Below, piece by piece: positions 1 to 8,047 of a stretch of 14,419 nucleotides of DNA. Numbering within the stretch: the first letter of the stretch is position 1; every line of letters begins with the position of its first letter. Source of the DNA: Candidatus Aenigmatarchaeota archaeon (GTDB taxonomy: Archaea; Aenigmatarchaeota; Aenigmatarchaeia; CG10238-14; SCSR01); the NCBI GenBank assembly GCA_039000165.1, contig JAWBTW010000004.1, positions 62,297 through 76,715 of the forward strand, given 5' to 3'. The position numbers were made by a program, and so were the translations under genes. The notes beneath the pieces are model-generated. The model did no database searches and had not been told where the DNA came from. It saw only the letters and a program-made list of their open reading frames with translations.

Positions 1-1
1 A

Positions 2-97
2 ACATGCGAACTAACAGAAACAGGAAAAGGAACTCAAGAAGTAGCTTGTACAAAACCTAATGCAACAGAATGTTCGGAAGCCTTTAAGGAAGATTGA
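2..97 (+). CDS. 3' end of an upstream gene (partial, Cys-containing, probably extracellular protein of the same operon)
   Basis: Frame 2 is open from the window edge: TCELTETGKGTQEVACTKPNATECSEAFKED*, with TGA at 95-97, 1 nt before the ATG at 99. Not in the ORF track. Confidence 0.7.
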   Translation, partial: TCELTETGKGTQEVACTKPNATECSEAFKED

Positions 98-98
98 A

Positions 99-506
99 AT
101 GAAAGCACAAGCAAAAATTGTTGATATGCTAACGGTTCTTGGCTTAGTTGTTTGCTTTTTAATTCTTCTTATGCAAATACCGAAGATTTATAAAGATGTT
201 TTTGACATGCTTGCTTTATCTTCAGCAGACGTTGTTTCAAGAGATATAGCTGGGTTAATTTCGATAAGTGCTGCAGCTCCTCATAAAATAACTCTTATCT
301 ACAACACAACTTACAAAGAAGTTAGTTATACTGTTGAACTTAAGGATAGAGTAGCAACAGTAACTTATATTCTTAAAGGTGAAGCTCAAGATAGTGTTTC
401 CTCACCTTACGCCATAGACAATTTGAACACAAAAATTGAAAACCAGAAATGTTTTATGGTAACTAAAGACCAAAATTATAGGTTTGAATTTGGTGTTTGT
501 CCTTGA
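99..506 (+). CDS. Prepilin-like protein (class III signal peptide), 135 aa, putative minor pilin
   Basis: Start moved from 60 to ATG 99 because the upstream gene ends at 97. N-terminus MKA|QAKIVDMLTVLGLVVCFLILLMQIP is a basic leader, an A cleavage site and a hydrophobic helix. The C-terminal domain is beta-rich with two Cys. Confidence 0.75.
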   Translation: MKAQAKIVDMLTVLGLVVCFLILLMQIPKIYKDVFDMLALSSADVVSRDIAGLISISAAAPHKITLIYNTTYKEVSYTVELKDRVATVTYILKGEAQDSVSSPYAIDNLNTKIENQKCFMVTKDQNYRFEFGVCP

Positions 507-1012
507 AAGGATTAGCCTTTGCCATAAGTGAAGTTTTTCAGATAGCTGGAATAATCGCATGTATAATTTTTGTAATTTTCCTCTGGAAAGGTTATTATTT
601 TGATGTTGGAATACAAGTTAATGAAGGTAGAGAAGAAAGAAGTGTTATAACAATAGCTAACATACTTTTAAGCTCACCAAGACTTGCTTATGAAGAGGAC
701 GGAAGAATTCAAAGAGCTGTACTTGACTCTTCAAAACTTTCAAGCATATCAGCTAATGATTTAATAAACGAGGTTTCTTATCCAAAAACAAAGTACAAAG
801 TAAGTGTAAAAAATTTAAGAACCGGAAACACATGGGAGATAAAGCCTGATTTAACTGACTATAAACTGAAGTATGAAAAGAGTTTTCCTGTTTCAATTAA
901 AGAAAATGAACAAATAGATCTTGGAATTATGACAGTAAAACTTTATAACTATGAACCGCCTCCTGAGGAAGAAACTTCAGGAAGGCACCAAGGTGGGAGG
1001 GAAAGAATTTGA
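503..1012 (+). CDS. Prepilin-like protein (class III signal peptide), putative minor pilin
   Basis: TTG at 503 overlaps the upstream stop (TTGA) and has GGTG at 492-495 as RBS, giving MKG|LAFAISEVFQIAGIIACIIFVIFLW. The track start is 497. Confidence 0.75.
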   Translation: MKGLAFAISEVFQIAGIIACIIFVIFLWKGYYFDVGIQVNEGREERSVITIANILLSSPRLAYEEDGRIQRAVLDSSKLSSISANDLINEVSYPKTKYKVSVKNLRTGNTWEIKPDLTDYKLKYEKSFPVSIKENEQIDLGIMTVKLYNYEPPPEEETSGRHQGGRERI

Positions 1013-1440
1013 AAGGAATTTCTGGACTTTTAGCTTTAATCATGGTAACTTTTTTGATGGTAGTTATGATTCTTTTGCCAGCTCTTGCAACAAGAGTGCA
1101 CATAAGGAGAGTAGTAAATTTTGAAGCAAAAAACAATAACGCTCAACTTGCTTTGCTTGCTTTGCTTTCTGCACAAAAAGATGGAAAACCAATTTACCAA
1201 ATAATCTCAGAGTATATCTCATTTTCCTCTGCAAACAAACCAAACATAGATTTCTTAAGAAGCATGCTAGATAACTTAATAACATCAAAATGTTACAAGC
1301 TTTATTACTTGGAAAACGGCCAAGAAAAAATCCTAGCAAGCTCAAGTTGTACTCCAAAACAGTTTAAAGCGGAAGCTAAAATAGTTCTTCCCTTCGGAAG
1401 CGATAAACTCTTTCAAAAAATTTATTTGGTGATTGATTGA
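1009..1440 (+). CDS. Prepilin-like protein (class III signal peptide), 143 aa
   Basis: MKG|ISGLLALIMVTFLMVVMILLP; TTGA overlap with the upstream stop; AGGTGGGAGG RBS-like sequence at 991-1000; a Cys pair (KCY...SSC) that could form a disulfide. Confidence 0.78.
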   Translation: MKGISGLLALIMVTFLMVVMILLPALATRVHIRRVVNFEAKNNNAQLALLALLSAQKDGKPIYQIISEYISFSSANKPNIDFLRSMLDNLITSKCYKLYYLENGQEKILASSSCTPKQFKAEAKIVLPFGSDKLFQKIYLVID

Positions 1441-2483
1441 GCAAAGGAATAAGTTTAATGGGAGTAGTTTTAGTAGCTCTCTTTACTCTTATTATAGCAG
1501 AATTTGTCATTCTTCAAACTGCAATAGTAGATAGTTCTGAACTGATAAGAGCTGTTAGAGAAGCTGCAATAGCTGAAGATATTAACAGTTTGGAATTTTT
1601 AAAAAGAGCAGAAAAACATGCTTTAAACTACAGTTTTTATGGTAGCTATTATTTCTTAGGGAAGAGAGGTGGGTACCTAAATCTTCAAAACCTTCGCTCT
1701 TATGGTTGCGTTCCTTACTGGCAGTTTTATGATGAAAAAAATTACCCAAGCTTTTCTGATATAACAAATAACTTGAAAGAAGCAACGCAAAAAATTTTTT
1801 ACAAGTATCTTGATAATTTCAGAAGTGAGGAAATATTTGTTCCTTATTACACCATAAACATAAAAAATATGCCAAGCTCTGAGTCAGATACTTTCCCTTC
1901 TTATTTTGATGTTGAAGCGACAGCTAATCAAAACTTAAAATTTGAAAGTAAATATGTTAAAATAGAAGATAAGAGTGGTTTTAGCGAGAGAGTTAATTCT
2001 GGGTTTTTGAGCGAATATTTGAACGCTAAAAATTTCATAGAATCTCGCAACTTTAAACAAATAATAATTGATGCTATAAATGAGTTAAACTTGAAATCTA
2101 CTTGCTCTTTGACTAAGTCTGAAATACCAAGTGATGAAGAAGTTTTTAGTGACTCGAACTGTAACGGAAAAAGCTCTTCTGAAGCAAAAACATTAATTGA
2201 AAGTAAAATAAGAGAGAAGCTTTCAGCTCTTGGTATAGGAGAAGCTGTAATAATCGCTGAAATAACTTCTTCCTGTAGCTATAGTAAAACAAATTCCGAA
2301 TACACCAAAACATGTAGCTTTGAGTTTAACGCTGGTTATAATGCTTTGGTAAAAATACTTAGCTCTTCTTCTTATCCTTTAGAAGATGGTGTCAAAAAAT
2401 TTGAGTTTAAGTTTAGGATATTGGTTGGAACAAAAACATTCCCTAGCTTGGAACTAATAAACTCTTGTACTGAAAACTTATAA
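1437..2483 (+). CDS. Large prepilin-like protein (class III signal peptide), 348 aa, putative minor pilin/adhesin
   Basis: MSKG|ISLMGVVLVALFTLIIAEFVIL; TTGA overlap; GGTGA RBS upstream; long helix followed by a Ser/Cys-rich extracellular domain. Confidence 0.75.
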   Translation: MSKGISLMGVVLVALFTLIIAEFVILQTAIVDSSELIRAVREAAIAEDINSLEFLKRAEKHALNYSFYGSYYFLGKRGGYLNLQNLRSYGCVPYWQFYDEKNYPSFSDITNNLKEATQKIFYKYLDNFRSEEIFVPYYTINIKNMPSSESDTFPSYFDVEATANQNLKFESKYVKIEDKSGFSERVNSGFLSEYLNAKNFIESRNFKQIIIDAINELNLKSTCSLTKSEIPSDEEVFSDSNCNGKSSSEAKTLIESKIREKLSALGIGEAVIIAEITSSCSYSKTNSEYTKTCSFEFNAGYNALVKILSSSSYPLEDGVKKFEFKFRILVGTKTFPSLELINSCTENL

Positions 2484-2486
2484 AAA

Positions 2487-3398
2487 CTAATAAACAGCCT
2501 GGAAGTGCATAACTATTTCTTCGGGAGAAAGCGCTCTTGTGTAAATTCTTAGCTCATCCATAACAACTGGCGCAGCACACCATCCATCTTTACAGCCTAT
2601 TATTAATGGTGCATCATCTGGGTTGCTAGGAGCGATTCTTCCTGCTGGACATTCTACTGTATGATCGTGCCTTCCTTGTACATAAACTCTTGTTTCGTTT
2701 GTTTTGTTGTCATACTTTATTGCTACGTGCGCGAAACCTTGAAAAGGTAAAGAACTTTTACTAACAATAGAACAATAACCACTTCCGCCTTGCTCGTAAA
2801 GTAATTTAACCTTGAATTGAATCTTATCATCGCTTGTTAAAACTAAACAAAAGTTTGCATTTCCGTTGTCACAATCGCTTATTGAATTACCTCTATAAAG
2901 AATATACCTATTGTCAGGATGGTAACTATTAAGGTAAAGCCAAACATCTATTGTGATTCCTTCCGCATTTTCCATGTTCAACATTGGCTTACCTATTTCA
3001 GAAGGTTTTGTAATAATATAATCATTGCCATGGTCAAAAACTATAGATCCTGAGCCAACCATAATTTTTTTCTTATCTAAAACCCATGCAGGCGAGTCAG
3101 GAACATTATCCTTAGTGCAGTCATCAGTATTTCCAAACCTTCCTAAATTTTCATGATTGCTCGAATCTTCCACACAACTTCCTGTGCCTTCATCAAAATG
3201 GTAAATAACTGCTATGTTAGAAATTGGCATACCAAAAAATTGTCTCAAAAGATTTAAAATTCTTTGCTCAATTCCAGGAAAGGTTGCAACCAAGGCACCT
3301 ACAACAAAAATGATAATCATAAAAATCGCTATGTAAAAAATTGTTGGAATTACTTGGATTCCTTTTGCTCTCTTGCGAAAAAGCTTAAGACCAAACAT
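2487..3398 (-). CDS. Prepilin-like protein carrying a LamG-like jellyroll (concanavalin A-like/Laminin_G_3) domain
   Basis: Leader MFGLKLFRKRAKG|IQVIPTIFYIAIFMIIIFVVG. Typical LamG-like motifs: YHFDEGTG..VEDSS, FDHGNDYI, ITIDVWL, HVAIKYD..RVYVQG, PLIIG, MDELRIYTRALSPEEI. Confidence 0.9.
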   Translation of the reverse strand: MFGLKLFRKRAKGIQVIPTIFYIAIFMIIIFVVGALVATFPGIEQRILNLLRQFFGMPISNIAVIYHFDEGTGSCVEDSSNHENLGRFGNTDDCTKDNVPDSPAWVLDKKKIMVGSGSIVFDHGNDYIITKPSEIGKPMLNMENAEGITIDVWLYLNSYHPDNRYILYRGNSISDCDNGNANFCLVLTSDDKIQFKVKLLYEQGGSGYCSIVSKSSLPFQGFAHVAIKYDNKTNETRVYVQGRHDHTVECPAGRIAPSNPDDAPLIIGCKDGWCAAPVVMDELRIYTRALSPEEIVMHFQAVY

Positions 3399-3451
3399 AG
3401 TAAGTTTTTCCCTATTTTTAATTATTGCTTTACGGAATTAAAAACGTTGCC

Positions 3452-3479
3452 AAAATAAAGAAAAAAGAAAAGATAAAAA
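3452..3479 (-). terminator. Possible archaeal T-tract terminator downstream of the ATPase-platform-minipilin run
   Basis: Minus strand reads TTTTTATCTTTTCTTTTTTCTTTATTTT about 30-60 nt after the stop at 3512, in the only sizeable intergenic gap of the left half. Confidence 0.4.
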
Positions 3480-3511
3480 TTTGTTTTATCAAAGAGTTTT
3501 TATTATTCACT

Positions 3512-3715
3512 CTAACAGAATGGTACCAACGGCATAACTTTTTTAACAACTGCTTCACAGAACCAGTTCAGCAAACCAATTATAACTATCCTTACTCCCT
3601 CTATAAGTGTTGCAACACCTTTTTGAATAAATCCCCAGAAGAAAGCTAGCAAAATTATAGCAAAAATTAGAGAACCTATGATTATTAAAACTTCTCCTGT
3701 CATTATTCCCTTCAT
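3512..3715 (-). CDS. Small prepilin (67 aa), Flp-sized; candidate major pilin
   Basis: MKG|IMTGEVLIIIGSLIFAIILLAFFWG has a class III cleavage site with Glu at +5, and lies directly downstream of the platform gene and the 44-aa minipilin. Confidence 0.8.
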   Translation of the reverse strand: MKGIMTGEVLIIIGSLIFAIILLAFFWGFIQKGVATLIEGVRIVIIGLLNWFCEAVVKKVMPLVPFC

Positions 3716-3719
3716 CTAA

Positions 3720-3854
3720 TCAGCTCTTTGTAATGTTTTCAAAAACTTCCTTAATTAATTTTTCAATTCCTGCATAAAAAAAGATTAGTAGCAACAAACC
3801 AATCAGTAACAAAACTATGAAAGCTAATATATACTTATTGACATTCCCTTTCAT
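3720..3854 (-). CDS. Very small prepilin-like protein (44 aa), not in ORF track
   Basis: Manual translation gives MKG|NVNKYILAFIVLLLIGLLLLIFFYAGIEKLIKEVFENITKS*. Its ATG overlaps the platform-gene stop (ATGA, 3854-3851) and its stop lies 4 nt before the next start. Confidence 0.8.
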   Translation of the reverse strand: MKGNVNKYILAFIVLLLIGLLLLIFFYAGIEKLIKEVFENITKS

Positions 3855-5761
3855 GCTAACTCACTTGGGACCATCAACATAAACATCGAATATATCATCA
3901 CCAAAACTATTAAATAAAATATTACTCCAATTAAAACTCTTTTTCCCATTATCGACCTTTTTAAAACACTTTCATCCCCATTTTCTATTATACTTGAAAA
4001 CATAGACATCAAAGCAATTATTTCTATAAGGTATATTCCTACAGCTATCTGGAAATAGTGAATTGGTATCATAGTGTCCAGACTTATAAAGGAAGAGAGT
4101 ATTCCTTTTCCCGCAGAGGCTAAAGGACCAAAACCTTCAACTTGTTTGTAAAGTAATTCTGCGTTACCCAAAACAACAAGAAGTTGCATTATTATAGCAG
4201 CCAATGCAACTACAATCCCTCCAGCTAAAGGTGCGAGCAACAAGGCCTGAAGTTTAAGAGAAGAAGTTAATTCAGACATCAAGTCCTTCAAACTTTCTTC
4301 TACAGAACGAGCATTTTTCAAGTAAGTTGAAATCGCTAACATAGTTTTAGAAACAGCAAGAGAACCTTTTTTCTGTATTTCCACCAAAGCTCTCATTACA
4401 GTTTCTATGATGGCAGAAGGATAGGAATGAATAGCTCCGTATCTTTCGTCAAAAACTGCTTGCTCAAGTGTTGCACCAAAATTTTCTATGTTTTGAACTA
4501 TTCTTTTTATGAACTCAGAAATTTTCAAGTTTCTAATCTTTGGTAAAACTTCAGAAAAAACCTTTTCTAACGGAACTCCTAAGCGTAACCTATTGCCTAT
4601 TTGGAAAATGGCTTCAGGAAACTCTGATTCTATTGTTATAATCTCTTCTCTCAACTTAATTTTCTCTCTTGTAGAAAGAATCATGTAAATTGAAAACGCT
4701 AAACCTATTCCTAAGGTAATTAAAAGAGAAGAATAAAGTTGCTCAGGAGAAAAAGCTGCCTCTATCGAAACTATACCCAAAAAACCATAAAGACATAGAA
4801 GCCCGCCTACAAACAAAGATGTTATTAAAGTCTTGTTTATTAGTTTTTCTTTCTTGAATTTTGGATGTCTCGAAATCTCAGGTTGATGAAATGTTGAAGG
4901 TCTCCTATCCAAGTACATTTTCATAAGCCAGTAAACAGTCAAAGGCAATATTATGTCGTAACCTATGCCTATTGTTAAAGGCTGAATCATTTCTGGTAGG
5001 AACAAAGACATTATAGGAAAGAATACTACTCCAATTAAAGGAAGCAAAATTCCTAAAGCATTTATTACTGTTATCGGAACGTTAAGCTCGCGCGAAAACA
5101 TTTTCATTCTGTCTCTTGTTCCTTCTAGCATTACTGAAACTGCCTCGTCTAAAATTCTTTCCATTTCTTCATGACCATAAAGTGAAGCGTTTTTAATCAA
5201 ATAAAGAGCCTCAGAAAATTCTTGATTGTCTTTTTTCCATTTTTCTATAAAGTTTTCCATAGCTTCTTCTGTGGTATACTTTCTTGTGTAGATTTCCCAC
5301 ATTAACATTTTTAAGTCATAAGCCAAAGCTCCTCTCAAATTTTTTGCTGCATAATCTATTGCTTTTTCTAAGGTGGGAGAAATTCTCATAGAAGTTGCCA
5401 TGAATAAAATGCAAAGAGTCATCTCAGAAGATGCGTTAATTCTAAACCAAGCAGCATAGTGCATCGGATAGTCGTAAAGAAAATAGAAAACAACTGCTGC
5501 AAATATTCCTACAAGAAGAAAAAGTGCAGGATAAAGCAGATCAAAAATTATTATAAAAAATGTTGGAACGAAAATTACTATCAAAGTTGCTAAAAGAGCC
5601 AGAGAAAAAGCTCCTGTAGGAGTAATGTTAAGGTGAGAAAACTTGATTACTTCTTGATATTGTTGCTCTAAACTTTTCCACGGTTTTATCGGTAATATTT
5701 TCTCACAATAGTTACAAGCTTTTTCATACCAGAATGCCTTTTTAAACTCGATTCTTTTCAC
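3851..5761 (-). CDS. Type IV pilus/T2SS F-family membrane platform protein (TadC/FlaJ/PilC-like), two repeated domains, 636 aa
   Basis: Multiple TM segments alternate with two cytoplasmic T2SSF-like domains (SEMTLCILFMATSMRISPTLEKAI; SEFPEAIFQIGNRLRLGVPLEKVF). Coupled to the ATPase by a GTGA overlap. Confidence 0.85.
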   Translation of the reverse strand: MKRIEFKKAFWYEKACNYCEKILPIKPWKSLEQQYQEVIKFSHLNITPTGAFSLALLATLIVIFVPTFFIIIFDLLYPALFLLVGIFAAVVFYFLYDYPMHYAAWFRINASSEMTLCILFMATSMRISPTLEKAIDYAAKNLRGALAYDLKMLMWEIYTRKYTTEEAMENFIEKWKKDNQEFSEALYLIKNASLYGHEEMERILDEAVSVMLEGTRDRMKMFSRELNVPITVINALGILLPLIGVVFFPIMSLFLPEMIQPLTIGIGYDIILPLTVYWLMKMYLDRRPSTFHQPEISRHPKFKKEKLINKTLITSLFVGGLLCLYGFLGIVSIEAAFSPEQLYSSLLITLGIGLAFSIYMILSTREKIKLREEIITIESEFPEAIFQIGNRLRLGVPLEKVFSEVLPKIRNLKISEFIKRIVQNIENFGATLEQAVFDERYGAIHSYPSAIIETVMRALVEIQKKGSLAVSKTMLAISTYLKNARSVEESLKDLMSELTSSLKLQALLLAPLAGGIVVALAAIIMQLLVVLGNAELLYKQVEGFGPLASAGKGILSSFISLDTMIPIHYFQIAVGIYLIEIIALMSMFSSIIENGDESVLKRSIMGKRVLIGVIFYLIVLVMIYSMFMLMVPSELA

Positions 5762-8007
5762 CTTAACCTAGATTTTAACCATTCCAACCATTTTTCATAA
5801 ATCATCTTTGAATCCAAAGAACCAACTTCTTGCCTAACTTGCTCAGAAATTATATGAAATGCATCGTTAGCGTCGCAAACAAACTCTGCTTCAAGAATTT
5901 CTGGTTTGTTTAACTTTTCTGCATACTCAACTAAAGTCTGCTTAACTTTTGCTCTTAGTAAAATATTATCCCAAACGTCGTCCCATCTTCCATGCCATTC
6001 CCTTACTCTTTTAGCAATTTCGTTCAAAACATAGGATTCGCCATCTATTAAAGTATCAGTTGGTTTAAGTTTGTCTTCTTTTGCTGAGTATTGCATCAAA
6101 GGAACAAAACCTCCCTCATCCAAAGGATCTTGCTTCCAATGTTTTCTCACTTCTGTTAATTCAACGACTCTTCTGAATCTATGTAAACCATCAGGAGAGC
6201 GAAGCATGTTACAAATTGTGATTAAATCGATTGCCTTAAAGCTGGTTGGAGCTACACCCAAATCATGAACTACTCTGTCATAAACTCCGTAAGGAGACTC
6301 GCCGTGAATTGTTCCTGCAACAACATTAGCTAAAGCACCGATCCTCATTGCCTCAAAAAGAACTGTACTCTCTACTGAGCGTACTTCTCCTACTATCAAG
6401 CAAGAATCTCCCAACCTTAAAGCAGTCCTTAAGGCTTCGTCAGCAGGTACTTCAGTTTCAACTCTTGTTATTACAGAGCGAGATTTTAGCCTTTCAATGT
6501 TATATCCTAGCTGTCTTAAATGAGATACAGGAAGCTCCAAAGTATCCTCTTGTATAATAATCCTAAACTTTCTCATTATCTCCAAAAGTAAGGAAGAAAG
6601 TAATGAAGTTTTTCCTGAACTTCTTCCTCCTGCTATAAGAATTGCTCTTCCTCCATCAACAACAAAACTCATTAGTCCTGCGTACAAAGGATCAAACATT
6701 CTTGCCTTCAAAAACAAAGGGAATGTCCAAGGCCTTTCCCTATGCCTTCTGAAAGCAAAGGCTAAACCTTCAGGGCTTAAAGTTCTTGTTATTGCTGCAA
6801 CTCTTGCCCTTCCTCCTGGAACTTCTAGCTCGCAATCTAAAACTGGGTTTGCCTCGTCTAAAGGCCTACCAGAATAAAGCCTAAAACGAGTTGCCCATGC
6901 TTCTGCATCTTCCTTAGTTGGTATTAAATTTGTTTCGCATTCTTCAAAATCTGAGTGAAAAATAAAAATTGGTGTTAAGCCTATAGGTGAATTTATGTAA
7001 ATGTCTTGGATTTTCTCATCGCTCAACAAAAGCTCGAGTACACCAAAACCTGCTGTGTAACGCGCTAAAAGCATTGCAAGCTCTTCAATTTCCTCTGGAT
7101 TTAAATCCAAATTCATGCTTCTTCCGATTTCTCTAACCAAATCCTTTCCTATGTTGAAGAAAATTTCCCTTGCTTTTTGTGGTTCAGTAATTTCTGTTTC
7201 TGTAGGCTTATGAGCAGCTAGATAATTTTTTGCTCTGTCAAGAACCATAAACTTTTTCTCGTTTAGCTTGAATTCCGGAGGTGTTATATGGTAGAGCAGC
7301 CTAACTTTTCCTGGAACTTTGAAAATTTCAACCAAAACATTTCCTGGTAAGTAGTACTTATCTAAAAGCTGACCTTCCCTTGGAGGAAGAAGCATAAAGC
7401 GAGTAAGCATAAAGTTTGGTCTTGTTAATGGATGAAAAATTTGCCTGTAAATTTTTCTATCCCCTGGTTTATAGCCTTCTAGCTTTTCTTTTGCCATTTT
7501 TATTAGCTTACAAGAAGAAAGAATTTTTTCTATAGGCAATAAAGCATTTTCTAGGTAATGAGTATAACACTTTTTCATTTCTGGTGGAGCTTTTTCTTCG
7601 TTTATTTTTGCTGCCAAGATCATTTTTTGTAGTCTTAAATAAGCTGCAACAGGATCTTTTCTCAAAAGCTCAAGAATTAGAAATTGCAAGGCAGAAAACC
7701 TTTTTGAGAATAAATTCTCACAACCAGGACAAACAAGTTTTTCCATGGTTAAAAACTTTTCCTCGTTTAAAATTTTATTGTAAGCTTCTGCTATTTCTCT
7801 TAAAATTTTTACTTGCTCGAAGTCATATTCATTTTCTCTTGTCTCTGCAAGAATTATTCTTTCAACATTTTTTACTTCTAAAAGTTTGTCTATGGTTTTT
7901 GCCATACAAGCTTGAAAATCCTCTATGCTTGAACCATAAATACAACCTAAGCAGTTTACTCTTAAAGTATTATCTCTAAGTTCATAGTCACAAACCAAGT
8001 TTACCAC
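5758..8007 (-). CDS. Type II/IV secretion-family pilus assembly ATPase (TadA/CpaF/FlaI/archaeal PilB-like), 749 aa
   Basis: Walker A GGRSSGKT, Asp box IQEDTLEL, LRTALRLG, Walker B LIVGEVR, His box GTIHGES; N-domain motifs GFGVLELLLSDEKIQDIYIN and LDEANPVLD; GTG start. Confidence 0.95.
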   Translation of the reverse strand: MVNLVCDYELRDNTLRVNCLGCIYGSSIEDFQACMAKTIDKLLEVKNVERIILAETRENEYDFEQVKILREIAEAYNKILNEEKFLTMEKLVCPGCENLFSKRFSALQFLILELLRKDPVAAYLRLQKMILAAKINEEKAPPEMKKCYTHYLENALLPIEKILSSCKLIKMAKEKLEGYKPGDRKIYRQIFHPLTRPNFMLTRFMLLPPREGQLLDKYYLPGNVLVEIFKVPGKVRLLYHITPPEFKLNEKKFMVLDRAKNYLAAHKPTETEITEPQKAREIFFNIGKDLVREIGRSMNLDLNPEEIEELAMLLARYTAGFGVLELLLSDEKIQDIYINSPIGLTPIFIFHSDFEECETNLIPTKEDAEAWATRFRLYSGRPLDEANPVLDCELEVPGGRARVAAITRTLSPEGLAFAFRRHRERPWTFPLFLKARMFDPLYAGLMSFVVDGGRAILIAGGRSSGKTSLLSSLLLEIMRKFRIIIQEDTLELPVSHLRQLGYNIERLKSRSVITRVETEVPADEALRTALRLGDSCLIVGEVRSVESTVLFEAMRIGALANVVAGTIHGESPYGVYDRVVHDLGVAPTSFKAIDLITICNMLRSPDGLHRFRRVVELTEVRKHWKQDPLDEGGFVPLMQYSAKEDKLKPTDTLIDGESYVLNEIAKRVREWHGRWDDVWDNILLRAKVKQTLVEYAEKLNKPEILEAEFVCDANDAFHIISEQVRQEVGSLDSKMIYEKWLEWLKSRLR

Positions 8008-8047
8008 TATTTAAATTTATCTTCTTCCTTTCACAAATTCTTTATTA
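8008..8047. promoter_or_regulatory. 40-bp divergent promoter region between the ATPase and the coiled-coil gene
   Basis: Head-to-head starts at 8007 (-) and 8048 (+). AT boxes lie at both ends (TTTAAATTTAT at 8010-8020; TTAATAAA on minus near 8047-8041). No clear RBS at normal spacing, consistent with leaderless or near-leaderless mRNAs. Confidence 0.55.

Noticed and set aside
60..98. ORF-track start at 60 (MQQNVRKPLRKIE extension)
   Set aside because: It overlaps an upstream reading frame ending at 97; ATG 99 gives a clean MKA|Q class III leader.
927..1785. Minus-strand ORFs 927-1136, 1064-1357 and 1582-1785
   Set aside because: Antisense shadows of well-supported pilin-like genes; no RBS or recognisable motif.
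2487..3398. Diversity-generating retroelement target in the LamG adhesin
   Set aside because: No reverse transcriptase and no template/variable repeat pair seen in this window.
3264..3649. Plus-strand ORFs 3264-3458 and 3425-3649
   Set aside because: Antisense to the LamG and minipilin genes; composition unlike the real genes here.
6071..7979. Plus-strand ORFs 6071-6268, 6348-6557 and 7584-7979
   Set aside because: Entirely antisense within the ATPase gene; their Leu/Phe/Ser richness is expected from the reverse complement of Lys/Glu codons.
3851..8007. Calling the locus an archaellum (flaI/flaJ) or a conjugative T4SS/Ced system
   Set aside because: No archaellin, FlaH, FlaF/G, VirB4/CedB or relaxase is recognisable in the window; the pilins have class III leaders typical of type IV pili. 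Gene symbols were therefore left blank.
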